Shown one piece after another: positions 11,198 through 20,064 of a stretch of 64,000 bases of DNA. Position 1 is the stretch's first letter, and every line of letters begins with the position of its first letter. Position numbers and translations under genes: made by a program. The notes under the pieces were generated by a model that made no database searches, had not been told where the DNA came from, and saw only the letters and a list, made by a program, of their open reading frames with translations. Origin of the DNA: an uncultured Actinomycetes bacterium (GTDB lineage: Bacteria; Actinomycetota; Actinomycetes; S36-B12; GCA-2699445); contig CAZECO010000002.1 in NCBI GenBank assembly GCA_964510455.1, positions 2,743 through 66,742 of the forward strand, written 5' to 3'.

Positions 11198-12106
11198 ATG
11201 CCACAGGTCCCGCGCGCCATCAGCAGCGCTGCCGCGAAGATCCCCGGTCCGGCCGGGGGACCCTTCCGGCCCGGCAAGTCCCTGCAGGATGTCGTGGCCG
11301 TTGTGACCGGCGGTGCTGCCGGCATCGGCCGGGCCACCGCGTCCGGACTGGTCCGGCGCGGCGCGGTCGTCGTGATCGGGGACATCGACGGCGGCGCGGC
11401 AGCCAAGACCGCCGAAGAGATCGGGGCGAAGGCCGGCATGCGACTCGATGTGGCGGACCGGCCCGGGTTCAGCGACTTCCTCAATGAGGTCGAACAGCGG
11501 TTCGGGGCGATCGGCGCGCTGATCAACAACGCCGGCATCATGCCGCTCGGGCCGCTGATGGACGAGGACGACGCGACCACCGCCCGGATCATCCAGATCA
11601 ACCTACACGGCATGATCCACGGCACCAGGGAGGCGATGCGCAGGATGGTCCCGCGCGGCTCGGGGCACATCGTCAATGTCGCATCAACCTTGGGCAAGGC
11701 GGGGCTGCCCGGCGGCGCGACCTACAGCGCGACGAAGTTCGGCATCGTAGGGTTCAGCGAATCGGTGAAGGGAGAACTCGCAGGCACCGGCGTGCACCTG
11801 ACAATCGTTCTGCCCGGAGTCGTGGAGACCGCGCTGGGGGAGGGTGTCAGGGCGCCGATCGGGATCCGCCTGGTCACCCCGGACGATGTGGCCGACGGCA
11901 TCGTGGATGCGTTGGCGAAGCCCCGGTACGAGGTGTACGTCCCCTTCGAGGCGGGTCCGGTCGCGATGCTCGGCGCGGCGCTGCCGCAGGGGATGCGCGA
12001 TGTCCTGGCCAAGGCGCTGGGACTGGACAAGACCCTCACGGGAGCGGATGGGAACGCTCGGAAGGCGTACGAGGCGATGGTGCGCGAAGCGGATCCGTCG
12101 ATATGA
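11198..12106 (+). CDS. SDR family oxidoreductase
   Basis: 302 aa. Carries the Rossmann motif VTGGAAGIG, NNAG and the catalytic YSATK. Confidence 0.9.
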   Translation: MPQVPRAISSAAAKIPGPAGGPFRPGKSLQDVVAVVTGGAAGIGRATASGLVRRGAVVVIGDIDGGAAAKTAEEIGAKAGMRLDVADRPGFSDFLNEVEQRFGAIGALINNAGIMPLGPLMDEDDATTARIIQINLHGMIHGTREAMRRMVPRGSGHIVNVASTLGKAGLPGGATYSATKFGIVGFSESVKGELAGTGVHLTIVLPGVVETALGEGVRAPIGIRLVTPDDVADGIVDALAKPRYEVYVPFEAGPVAMLGAALPQGMRDVLAKALGLDKTLTGADGNARKAYEAMVREADPSI

Positions 12107-12170
12107 ACAGGGCCTGGTGCACCCGGCTGGGATCGAGTGTCTCGATGGGGCGGATGCGCCCCTGCCGGCA

Positions 12171-12563
12171 ATGAACGAGTCGCCGGAGTCCCGGCTCACG
12201 GATGCGCGGGCCGTGCGCACGATGATGCGATCCGATCTCGTGGCCGCGATGAAGGCGCGTCAGCCCGATGCGGTGGCAGCGCTGCGCACCGCCATCGCCG
12301 CCATCGACAACGCGGAGGCGGTCGCGGCGCCCGGTGGGACGGGGGCAGCCGCAAGCGGACACATCGCCGGTGCCCAGGTCGGCCTCGGATCGACCGAAGC
12401 GGAACGCCGCGACGTGTCCATCGGTGAGGTCCGCGCGATCCTGCAGGGTCAGATCGCGGACTGCAGGGCTGAGGCGGACCGGTACCAGGCGGCAGGGCAC
12501 CACGAGGCGGCCGGGCAGCTGCGACGTCAGGCCGAAGCGCTGCGGAAGTACATGGGCACGTAG
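12171..12563 (+). CDS. GatB/YqeY domain protein
   Basis: 130 aa from the ATG at 12171. Shows the YqeY-like pattern MRSDLVAAMKARQPDAVAALRTAIAAIDNAE. The start choice is uncertain. Confidence 0.65.
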   Translation: MNESPESRLTDARAVRTMMRSDLVAAMKARQPDAVAALRTAIAAIDNAEAVAAPGGTGAAASGHIAGAQVGLGSTEAERRDVSIGEVRAILQGQIADCRAEADRYQAAGHHEAAGQLRRQAEALRKYMGT

Positions 12564-12584
12564 GCGCGCCGGTGAAGGGCCGGA

Positions 12585-12860
12585 TCAGTCCTCGGCGTCC
12601 CACTCCGCGAACCACGTCGCGTAGTGGCGGGGCCATGACCCCTCGGGCTGCTCGGCGGTGTACCGCGCGTCGGCCTTGACCAGCCATTCCTCGACGCGGT
12701 CCACGGATGGCTGCGAGTCGAGCAGTTCGAGCAGCTGGCCGTACATCCATTCGGCGTACCAGCGCGGCCAGCTCTCGTTCGGTCCGCCGTAGACGGCGTG
12801 ATGGGCGTGGGCCGCCGCCACCATCAGGTGGCGCAGGTCGTCGTACTTGGCGTCGTCCAT
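12585..12860 (-). CDS. Small conserved hypothetical protein
   Basis: 91-aa ATG ORF with non-repetitive, W/Y-rich, protein-like composition. No family recognised. Confidence 0.55.
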   Translation of the reverse strand: MDDAKYDDLRHLMVAAAHAHHAVYGGPNESWPRWYAEWMYGQLLELLDSQPSVDRVEEWLVKADARYTAEQPEGSWPRHYATWFAEWDAED

Positions 12861-12926
12861 GGGCGCGAGCCTACGCCCGGCGATACCAGGTTGATGTCGT
12901 CGGGCAGGGCCCTCAGCGGCTGCGGA

Positions 12927-13355
12927 TCATTGCGCGGATGACGCCGGGTGGGCATCCAGCCAGGCGCGCGCCCGGCGAGCGGATGCCCGCGACAGCCAGG
13001 CGTCCTGGATGATCTCGGCCAATTCCCGACGGCTCAGCTCGCCCACCCGACTGGCGCGCAGCAGCACCGAGGGATGGCCGTCGAAGTGCGCGGTGGTGAA
13101 GAACGGCGATGCCTCATCCTGCACAAGCGCAGACTTGTCGGACTCGTCCGCCACCCAGAGGACGATGACGTCGCTGTACCGTTCGCCGGTCTGCGGATCG
13201 AAGGCGTCGGGCCGGGGGGTGCGGAAGAAGATGAACGACTTCCCGCCCACCTGGTAGACGGGATTCCCGCCGGCGGAGTGTTCGACGGTGACGTGGGGCA
13301 TCGCAAGGGCGAAGTCGTGCACGTCTTGGATCCGCGCTCGCGGGACGGCCGCCAC
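12927..13355 (-). CDS. MmcQ/YjbR family DNA-binding protein
   Basis: 142 aa from the GTG at 13355. Matches the family pattern (IQDVHDFALAMPHVTVE...YQVGGKSFIFF...HFDGHPSVLLR). The upstream part of the 332-aa ORF is Arg/Pro-rich shadow sequence. Confidence 0.75.
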   Translation of the reverse strand: MAAVPRARIQDVHDFALAMPHVTVEHSAGGNPVYQVGGKSFIFFRTPRPDAFDPQTGERYSDVIVLWVADESDKSALVQDEASPFFTTAHFDGHPSVLLRASRVGELSRRELAEIIQDAWLSRASARRARAWLDAHPASSAQ

Positions 13356-13393
13356 GGTTCCAGCGTATGCGCCGTGGGGCCGCCCAACCCGTG

Positions 13394-13729
13394 TCACAGG
13401 CCGAATTCGGACCGCCGTGCTTCGGGGACGAGGTCGACGTACTGCCGGTTGGTCCGGATGTACTTGCGGATGAACGGACACTGCGGAACGACCGACAGGC
13501 CACGGCCGCGGACCTCGTCGAGGGCATCGCCGGCGAGGCGGCGCGCCAGGCCCCTGCCAGCGAAATCGGGGAACACCTCGGTATGGACGAACGTGAGCTG
13601 GTGCGCGCCGAACTCGTACTCGGTGAAGCCGGCCAGCGCTCCTCCCACGTGCACCTCGAAGCGGAACTGCTCGGGGTTGTCTGCGACGGTGACCTGGTAG
13701 TCGCTCGCCGCGTGGTCCTCGCTCGACAT
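13394..13729 (-). CDS. GNAT-fold N-acetyltransferase (YjdJ-type small GNAT)
   Basis: 111 aa from the ATG at 13729. Reads FRFEVHVGGALAGFTEYEF...LTFVHTEVFPDFAGRGLARRLAGDALDEVRGRGLSVVPQCPF. Confidence 0.75.
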   Translation of the reverse strand: MSSEDHAASDYQVTVADNPEQFRFEVHVGGALAGFTEYEFGAHQLTFVHTEVFPDFAGRGLARRLAGDALDEVRGRGLSVVPQCPFIRKYIRTNRQYVDLVPEARRSEFGL

Positions 13730-14066
13730 TCCGACTCCCGATTCTGTCTGCCCCGCCCGGCGCCGCACCGGCGCGGTGCCAGCATCCTAGCCCTGCACCC
13801 GCTGGGGGAAGCTTGCGCCGCGGACGGCTGCCTCCGGATGCGGACAGGGCGACCGATGGCCAGCCGAGGTGCTCGCCCCACGCGAGGTCCGGTCGGTCGG
13901 GTCCTCCCGGCGAGCCGATGCCCATGCATCTCGTCGACCGCTCCTGTCGGGTGCCGCAGACACCCTGCGGGCGCCGTGATCCGGTGACGGAATCGGCCAG
14001 ATCGGCAGCTGGCGACTGGGGCGATCCTTGCCCGCGGCGTGGGTCCCCAGGACTCGCCCCTTCACA

Positions 14067-14085
14067 TTCGGTTAGCCTTACCTAA
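14067..14085. promoter_or_regulatory. IdeR/DtxR-type iron box upstream of bfd-bfr
   Basis: TTCGGTTAGCCTTACCTAA matches the 19-bp consensus TTAGGTTAGGCTAACCTAA at 16/19 positions by hand. It lies 35 nt upstream of the bfd ATG. Confidence 0.65.
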
Positions 14086-14119
14086 TACTGGAGTGGCTGC
14101 CTATTGGGGGGTGTTCCAC

Positions 14120-14359
14120 ATGCTGATCTGCCACTGCTTCGCGGTGTTCGAGCGCGCGGTTGATGCGGCGATCGCGGACGGCGCCTGCAGCGTTCCCGAC
14201 CTGGCCGACGCGACCGATGCCGGGGCGGGCTGCGGCGGCTGCCATCTGGCGCTGTGCCGCCGGTTGGGTGCGGCTCACCCGAACGGCGAATGCGGCGGCG
14301 ACATGTGTGCCCGTTCCTCCTCCGACGCCTCGTCTGGCAAGATGCCGGTAGCCGTCTGA
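14120..14359 (+). CDS. bfd: Bacterioferritin-associated ferredoxin, (2Fe-2S)-binding
   Basis: 79 aa beginning MLICHCFAV, with CxC...CGGC Cys motifs. Lies immediately upstream of bfr. Confidence 0.8.
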   Translation: MLICHCFAVFERAVDAAIADGACSVPDLADATDAGAGCGGCHLALCRRLGAAHPNGECGGDMCARSSSDASSGKMPVAV

Positions 14360-14371
14360 GAGAGGAACGCT

Positions 14372-14836
14372 ATGAGGGGCAACGCCGCGGTTGTGGAGAT
14401 CCTGAACGAGGCACTCACGTCGGAACTGACGGCGGTCAACCAGTACTTCATCGCGTCGAAGATGGCCGCGGACGCCGGCTACACCAAGCTCGCCAAGGAC
14501 TACTACGACGAGTCGATCGGCGAGATGAAGCACGCGGAGGTGCTGATCGAGCGGATCCTCTACCTGCAGGGCCTGCCCAACATGCAGCGGCTCTTCCCGG
14601 TGGGCGTGGGCGAGACGATCATCGAGCAGTTCCGCCTCAACTACGAACTGGAACTGGGTGCGGTGGACCGGTACCAGCGGGCGGTTGCCATCTGCGTCGA
14701 GGCGGGCGACCCGGGCACCCGCGCGCTGATGGAACAGATCCTCGCCGAGGAGGAGCACCACGTCGACGAGGCGGAGGCAGAGCTGGTGAACCTGGAGCAG
14801 CTGGGCGAGCAGCTGTGGCTGGCCAAATGGGTGTAG
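14372..14836 (+). CDS. bfr: Bacterioferritin
   Basis: 154 aa. Reads VVEILNEALTSELTAVNQYFIASKM...MKHAEVLIERILYLQG...EEEHHVDEAEAEL, giving the ferroxidase-centre residues and the heme-ligand Met region. Confidence 0.95.
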   Translation: MRGNAAVVEILNEALTSELTAVNQYFIASKMAADAGYTKLAKDYYDESIGEMKHAEVLIERILYLQGLPNMQRLFPVGVGETIIEQFRLNYELELGAVDRYQRAVAICVEAGDPGTRALMEQILAEEEHHVDEAEAELVNLEQLGEQLWLAKWV

Positions 14837-14858
14837 CCCTCGCGGGTTGCGGGGGTCG

Positions 14859-14883
14859 GGCGACCGGCACGTGCGCGGTCGCC
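14859..14883 (+). terminator. Possible hairpin terminator after bfr
   Basis: GGCGACCG-N9-CGGTCGCC forms a perfect 8-bp stem 23 nt after the bfr stop, followed by TTGT. There is no long U tract. Confidence 0.35.
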
Positions 14884-14936
14884 TTGTCGGGCGTGGCCAT
14901 GTCCATCAGGGACACGCCCAGGCCGTAGGTGAGCAA

Positions 14937-15234
14937 TCAGCCTGCGGGCTCCCGTTCCGACAGGCAGCCGGTCGCGAGCCGTTCCGGCGGCACGAGCCGC
15001 GCCAGCCTCGCGGAGACCGAGGCGATGTCCACCGACTGCGGTGCGTGCACCGTCGCCGTCGCGTGGAAGGTGATGGTCGCGGGCGGGATCGGGGCGACCA
15101 GGGACAGCAGCAGGCCGCCGCGCCGGATGGGCACCGTGACGGCCCCCTTCGTCCCCGGAGCACAGCTGCCGCGCCTTCCAGCTCGTGGCCGCCGTGACGA
15201 TGAGGACGCGGCGGTTCGCGGCCGCACACCCCAC
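14937..15234 (-). pseudogene. Small high-GC3 ORF interrupted by a 1-nt frameshift in a C5/G5 run
   Basis: The GTG at 15234 reads MGCAAANRRVLIVTAATSWKARQLCSGDEG. The frame changes at the run 15142-15146 and continues AVTVPIRRGGLLLSLVAPIPPATITFHATATVHAPQSVDIASVSARLARLVPPERLATGCLSEREPAG*. The total of 298 nt equals 99 codons plus 1. Third positions are almost all G/C in both parts. Confidence 0.35.
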
Positions 15235-15294
15235 GCCGCTGAACCCGCGGATCCCACCGACCCCGCACACCCCGCCAGATTTCCGAACGGACCC

Positions 15295-15348
15295 GCGTTG
15301 ATCGCGGCGTTTCGCCGCACGGCTGCGGCGGTTCGCGGCGATCAACGC
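15295..15348. repeat. 54-bp palindromic interspersed repeat, copy A
   Basis: GCGTTGATCGCGGCG...CGCGGCGATCAACGC. Its reverse complement matches copy B (37000-37053) at 49/54 positions by hand alignment. Confidence 0.8.
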
Positions 15349-15432
15349 ACCAGGAATCCACGGCCCCAGCTGCTCGCCCATCTCCCTACCGTTGTGACGG
15401 CGCCGGCGTGCCCGCCCGATAGGCTCACCGCT

Positions 15433-16575
15433 GTGACCACCCCCACCCTCGCCGAGGTCGTCGCCGCCCTGCAGCGGCGCTTCCCGCCCTCGCTGGCCGA
15501 GTCGTGGGACCGCGTCGGTCTGGTGTGCGGGGACCCGGATACGGCGGTCGAGCGCATCCTGTTCGCCGTCGATCCCACGCTTGCCGTCGCGCAGGAGGCG
15601 GTCGAGGGCGGCGCGCACCTGCTCGTCACCCACCACCCGCTGCTGCTGCGCGGCGTCCACACCGTGGCCACGACCACCGGCAAGGGGCGGGTGGTGCACC
15701 GCCTCATCAGCGGCGGCTGCGGCCTGTTCACGATGCACACCAACGCCGACGCGGCACAGGGCGGCACCAACGCCGCACTGGCGGGGCTGCTGGGGCTGCG
15801 GGATGTGCAGCCGCTGGTGGCGGCCGATGGGCCGGCGATCGACAAGTTGGTCGTCTTCGTGCCGCCCGAACATCGTGCCTCCGTGATGCAGTCGCTGTTC
15901 GCCGCGGGGGCGGGGCGCATCGGGGACTACGACAGCTGCGCCTACTGGACCGACGGCACCGGCCAGTTCCGTCCGACGGCGGGCGCCCAGCCCTTCATCG
16001 GGCGGCCCGGGGAGATCTCGGAGGTGGCCGAGTCCCGGATCGAGGTCGTCCTGCCGCGCGCTCGCAGGCACGCCGTCATCGCGTCCCTGCGGGCCGCGCA
16101 CCCCTACGAGGAGCCTGCTTTCGACGTGTGGGAGACGGTCGCGCCGTCGCCGCTCGGGATCGGCCGGATCGGCACCCTGGCGCCCCCGACGACCCTGCGC
16201 GCGTTCGCCGAAACGGTGGCCGGCATCCTGCCGGAGACGTCCGCCGGGCTGCGCGTCGCGGGCGATCCGGAGCGGATCGTGCGCACTGTCGCGATCTGTT
16301 CCGGGGCGGGGGATTCGCTGCTCGCCGCGGTGCGCGCCACCGGTGCGGACGTCTACCTGACGGCGGATCTGCGCCACCACCCCGCGGATGAGCACCTCGC
16401 CGAGAACGGCTGCGCCCTGATCGATGCGTCCCACTGGGCCAGCGAATGGCCGTGGCTGCAGGGCGCCGCCGCAGACTTAGCCGCCGATCTGGGTGCAGCT
16501 GGGTTTACCGTGGAGGCGCATGTGAGTAGCACCTCGACCGATCCCTGGTCGTTTCGCGTAGGGGGCCGAAGCTGA
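15433..16575 (+). CDS. Nif3-like dinuclear metal center protein
   Basis: 380 aa from the GTG at 15433. Reads WDRVGLVCGD...LLVTHHPLLLRG...MHTNADAA...DLRHH, the NIF3 pattern with an inserted PII-like domain. Confidence 0.9.
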   Translation: MTTPTLAEVVAALQRRFPPSLAESWDRVGLVCGDPDTAVERILFAVDPTLAVAQEAVEGGAHLLVTHHPLLLRGVHTVATTTGKGRVVHRLISGGCGLFTMHTNADAAQGGTNAALAGLLGLRDVQPLVAADGPAIDKLVVFVPPEHRASVMQSLFAAGAGRIGDYDSCAYWTDGTGQFRPTAGAQPFIGRPGEISEVAESRIEVVLPRARRHAVIASLRAAHPYEEPAFDVWETVAPSPLGIGRIGTLAPPTTLRAFAETVAGILPETSAGLRVAGDPERIVRTVAICSGAGDSLLAAVRATGADVYLTADLRHHPADEHLAENGCALIDASHWASEWPWLQGAAADLAADLGAAGFTVEAHVSSTSTDPWSFRVGGRS

Positions 16576-16592
16576 AGACCGAACCGCAAGCC

Positions 16593-17315
16593 TTGCTGAC
16601 CCTGTTGCAGATCCAGGAAGCCGACCTGCAGCTGCAGCGGCTGAGATCCCGCCGCGACGCCCTGCCGGAGGCCGTCCGAGCGAAAGAACTGGCGGCAGCG
16701 GCCGCGGCCGCCCATGATCGGGCGGTGATGCGCCGGACCGAGTCGTCGGACCTGCAGCGCGAGGTCCGCAAGATCGAGGACGAGGTGGACAAGGTCCGCA
16801 GCCGGGCGAAGCGCGACGCCGAGCTGCTGGCCACTGGCGAGGTTGTTTCAGCCCGCCAATTGACCGACCTGCAGCACGAGATCGCGAGCCTGCAGCGCCG
16901 CCAGAGCGACCTGGAGGACACCGAGCTGGAACTGCTCGAACAGGCGGAGGAGGCGGCCGGAGCGTTGCAGCGGGCCGAGCAGGAGCGCGACGAACTGGCT
17001 GCGCGGGCCGCTGCGGCCAAGGGGGAGGCGGACAGTGCGATGTCCGAGCTGGCCGCCGCCTATCGGCAGACCACCGCGCAGCGCAAGGATCTCGCGGCGG
17101 GTGTTCCGAGCGACCTGTTGGCGCTGTACGAGAAGATCCGGGCCGCCCACGGCGGGACCGGTGTTGCGGAGTTCAGCGGCGACCAGTGCGGGGGATGCCG
17201 GCTGCAGATGATCCCGTCGGAACTGGCGGCGGTGAAATCGGCCCCCGTCGACGACGTCGTCCGGTGCGAGGAGTGCGGCCGGATCCTGGTGCGGTCGTCG
17301 CTGCTGCGCCCGTGA
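16593..17315 (+). CDS. Zinc-ribbon coiled-coil protein (DUF164 family)
   Basis: 240 aa. A coiled coil is followed by CGGC...CEECGRIL. Occupies the conserved actinobacterial position between Nif3 and the phosphatase. The TTG start is uncertain. Confidence 0.8.
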   Translation: MLTLLQIQEADLQLQRLRSRRDALPEAVRAKELAAAAAAAHDRAVMRRTESSDLQREVRKIEDEVDKVRSRAKRDAELLATGEVVSARQLTDLQHEIASLQRRQSDLEDTELELLEQAEEAAGALQRAEQERDELAARAAAAKGEADSAMSELAAAYRQTTAQRKDLAAGVPSDLLALYEKIRAAHGGTGVAEFSGDQCGGCRLQMIPSELAAVKSAPVDDVVRCEECGRILVRSSLLRP

Positions 17316-17998
17316 ACGGCCCCTCGCCCGAAGCCGGCCCCCCGCCCGTGACCGGACCGGCACCCGTGGCCGGCCCCGCGACGCAGCTGCCGCACCGGTT
17401 GATCCTGGTGCGCCACGGGCAGACCCGGCACACCACCGCGGAGGTGATCTCCGGCGCGGGGTTCCAGCCCGAACCGGGCCTGGACGAGCAGGGCATCGCC
17501 CAGGCGCAGGCCGCCGCCCACCGCCTCGCCGCGCTGACCGGTTCCATCGATCAGGTCGTCGTGTCGCCGCTGCTGCGCGCCCGGCAGACCGCCGAGATCA
17601 TCACCGGGCAGCTGGGGATCGGATCCGTCGACGCCTCGCTGGCCTGGTCGGAGGCGGACTTCGGCCAGTGGGAGGGCCTCACCGTGCTGGACGTCGTCCA
17701 GCGGTACCCGGGTGCCTGGGAGCAGATGATCTCCGACCCCGACATCGGGCCGCCGGGCGGGGAGACGCTTGCCGAGGTCCGTCGACGGGTGTCCGCCGCA
17801 TGGCGCGGACTGCTGGTCCCCTCGCGCACCACGCTGGTGGTGACGCACCTGACGCCGATCCGGATCGTCATCGCAGAGGCGCTGAACACTCCGCACGAGG
17901 CGTTCGGACGCGTCCTGGCGGGACCCGGAACGATCACGGTCGTCGACCGCTGGTCCGATGACGGAACCGCTGTCATCACCCTGGGTGAGCGCCCATAA
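17312..17998 (+). CDS. Histidine phosphatase family protein (CobC/PGM-like)
   Basis: 228 aa from the GTG at 17312, overlapping the upstream stop as GTGA. Carries the catalytic LILVRHGQT (RHG) motif and a later H in LVVTHLTPIR. Confidence 0.85.
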   Translation: MNGPSPEAGPPPVTGPAPVAGPATQLPHRLILVRHGQTRHTTAEVISGAGFQPEPGLDEQGIAQAQAAAHRLAALTGSIDQVVVSPLLRARQTAEIITGQLGIGSVDASLAWSEADFGQWEGLTVLDVVQRYPGAWEQMISDPDIGPPGGETLAEVRRRVSAAWRGLLVPSRTTLVVTHLTPIRIVIAEALNTPHEAFGRVLAGPGTITVVDRWSDDGTAVITLGERP

Positions 17999-18061
17999 CC
18001 GAGCATCACGCGATCATGGCTCCTACCATGCCACCATGGACGGTTACCGCGGGAAGAGCAG

Positions 18062-19960
18062 GTGATCGCGGCCCCGCCGCAGCTCGGCGTCCTCATCATG
18101 GATGACGGCCGCGAGTTCGGCGACGACGCCTGCGCGCGCCTCCCACTGGTCCGCCCGACCTCGGTGCGCCTGGCGGTGGAGGGCGCGCCCGACCGCCCGG
18201 GTGTGCGGACGGTCGGGGTGGTCCCGCCCGAGAAGTTCAACCTGCGCACCGCGATCACCGCGGCTGCTGCGGAAGGCCTGTTCTGGATCGCCGCCCCTCG
18301 GCGGGTCCACGATCCGGTGACCGTCTTCGTGGACGCCGCCCGGGGTGCGGCGGGCGTCCTGGATGAGGATCACCCGGGATTCGCGGTGGCCTTCGCGGAG
18401 CCGGGCTGGAGCTTCCGCCGGATCGCCCTCGTCGCCGATCTGCGCGACCCGGTCACCACCGGTGTCGCGGCGTGGGCGGCGGTGGGTGTCGCCACGCAGT
18501 GGGGCACCGATCTCGACGTGCTCGTGCTGGGTGCAGACAGCGACGAGAAGCCGGCCCACTGGCGCGATGCCCTGCCGATGTTCACCATCCGGGGCGAGGG
18601 CGAGCAGATGGTCTCCGATGCCCTGGAGCGCGCCGAGGAGCATGGCATCCGGCTGCACTGGGTGCCCCTGGGCTCCCCGGTCAACAAGCCCAACGCCATC
18701 CTGAGGGCCGTTGTCGACGGCGACTACGATCTCGTCGTCGATGACCTGCCGCCCATCACGGTCGGCCCCAAACCCGGCCGCCGGCGCCGCGTGCAGGCCG
18801 CCCTGTCGCAGGCCGGCAGCAACGCCACCGCCTACCGCCTGGTCAGGGATGCGCCTTGCAGCGTCGTCGTGGTGCTCGATGCGGTCCGCATGGGGCTGGT
18901 GCCGCAGGACATGGTGCGGGCGGGCGCGGCGGCGCTCGCCCTCGGCGTGGTCGGTGTCGGGATCGCGACCGCGGGCAGTGCGGCGGCCGAGACCACCGCC
19001 GCGATGCCGGCGGAGGCGGGGAGCCCGACCGGGGACGCGGTCGCAGACGCCCAGGCGGCGGCACCGGCCCCCGACATGTCCGCCATGACGGAGGCGGACC
19101 TGGCCGCCATGCAGCAGCAGCGGGACGCGGCCATCGCAACGCGCGACCAGTTGGCGGCGCAGGCGGCAGCGCAACAAGCGACCCAGGCGCAGCTCACCGC
19201 CGATCTCCAGTCCGCCCAATCGGCGCAGGCAGCCCTGGAGCCCCAGATCGAGCAGGCGCGCGCGGCGGCCGATGAAGCCACCAAGGACGCCACGTACAAG
19301 ACGATCATGTCGTCCGGTCCGATGGAGCTCCTGCCGGGCGGGCCGTCGCACGAGGAGGCGCAGCAGGCCCAGCAGCGGGCGGAGGCGGCGCGCTCGGCGC
19401 TGGAGGACCTCGAGAGCACCTACGAGGCCCTGGAGCAGCAGGAGGCAGCGCTCACCGAGAGCCTCGCCCAGGTGAATGGCGAGCTGGGGCAGACGCAGCA
19501 GCAGTTGGCCGTCGCCGAGCAGAACGCAGCCATGCTGAGCGACCAGACCGCGCAGCTGAAGTGGCAGTTGAACCCCGTGGTGGTCCCGACCGAACCGGGC
19601 TACAGCATCACCACCTACTACGGGGAGTCCGGCTCCTCCTGGAGCAGCGGCTACCACACGGGGGTGGACTTCGCGCAGCCGACCGGGGCGGACGTGTACG
19701 CGGCCAAGGACGGGGTGGTGGTCGAGGCGGGCTGGGGCGGCGCCTACGGCAACACCGTGGTGATCCAGCACTCCGATGGGACGCAGACCAGGTACGCGCA
19801 CATGTCGGCGGTCCACGTCAGCGTCGGCCAGACGGTGACGGCTGGGCAGCACATCGGGGATGTCGGTTCCACGGGCAACAGCTCCGGCCCCCACCTGCAC
19901 TTCGAGGTGATGGACGCGCAGGGCAACTTCATGGACCCGATCGCCTGGCTCGGGATGTAG
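18062..19960 (+). CDS. Membrane protein: USP-like cytoplasmic domain, TM helix, Ala/Gln-rich coiled coil, C-terminal M23 metallopeptidase
   Basis: 632 aa. A USP-like C-terminal signature (GSNATAYRLVRDAPCSVVVV) sits at ~270, a TM segment (AGAAALALGVVGVGIATAG) follows, and the M23 motifs HTGVDF...GSTGNSSGPHLHFEV lie at the end. Confidence 0.8.
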   Translation: MIAAPPQLGVLIMDDGREFGDDACARLPLVRPTSVRLAVEGAPDRPGVRTVGVVPPEKFNLRTAITAAAAEGLFWIAAPRRVHDPVTVFVDAARGAAGVLDEDHPGFAVAFAEPGWSFRRIALVADLRDPVTTGVAAWAAVGVATQWGTDLDVLVLGADSDEKPAHWRDALPMFTIRGEGEQMVSDALERAEEHGIRLHWVPLGSPVNKPNAILRAVVDGDYDLVVDDLPPITVGPKPGRRRRVQAALSQAGSNATAYRLVRDAPCSVVVVLDAVRMGLVPQDMVRAGAAALALGVVGVGIATAGSAAAETTAAMPAEAGSPTGDAVADAQAAAPAPDMSAMTEADLAAMQQQRDAAIATRDQLAAQAAAQQATQAQLTADLQSAQSAQAALEPQIEQARAAADEATKDATYKTIMSSGPMELLPGGPSHEEAQQAQQRAEAARSALEDLESTYEALEQQEAALTESLAQVNGELGQTQQQLAVAEQNAAMLSDQTAQLKWQLNPVVVPTEPGYSITTYYGESGSSWSSGYHTGVDFAQPTGADVYAAKDGVVVEAGWGGAYGNTVVIQHSDGTQTRYAHMSAVHVSVGQTVTAGQHIGDVGSTGNSSGPHLHFEVMDAQGNFMDPIAWLGM

Positions 19961-20064
19961 GGCGAGGAGGCTTCGCGCCGGCTCGGTAGGGCCCTCGATC
20001 GCAGCCCATCGCCGGAACCGCCGTGGCAGGCTGTGGGCATGAGGTCGATGATGGAGCAGATGAG

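Noticed and set aside
12107-12170. Upstream part of ORF 11844-12563 as a longer YqeY protein
   Set aside because: It overlaps the SDR gene's 3' end in another frame. The YqeY homology begins only near the ATG at 12171.
14641-16434. The 597-aa minus-strand ORF and similar giant ORFs (18044-19900 minus, 39104-42019 minus, 45270-48548 minus, 21535-23073 plus, 22737-24422 plus, 28553-30934 plus, 30757-32568 plus)
   Set aside because: All lie opposite or offset to genes with clear family motifs. All translate to Arg/Gly/Pro/Asp-rich low-complexity sequence, the expected high-GC shadow ORFs.
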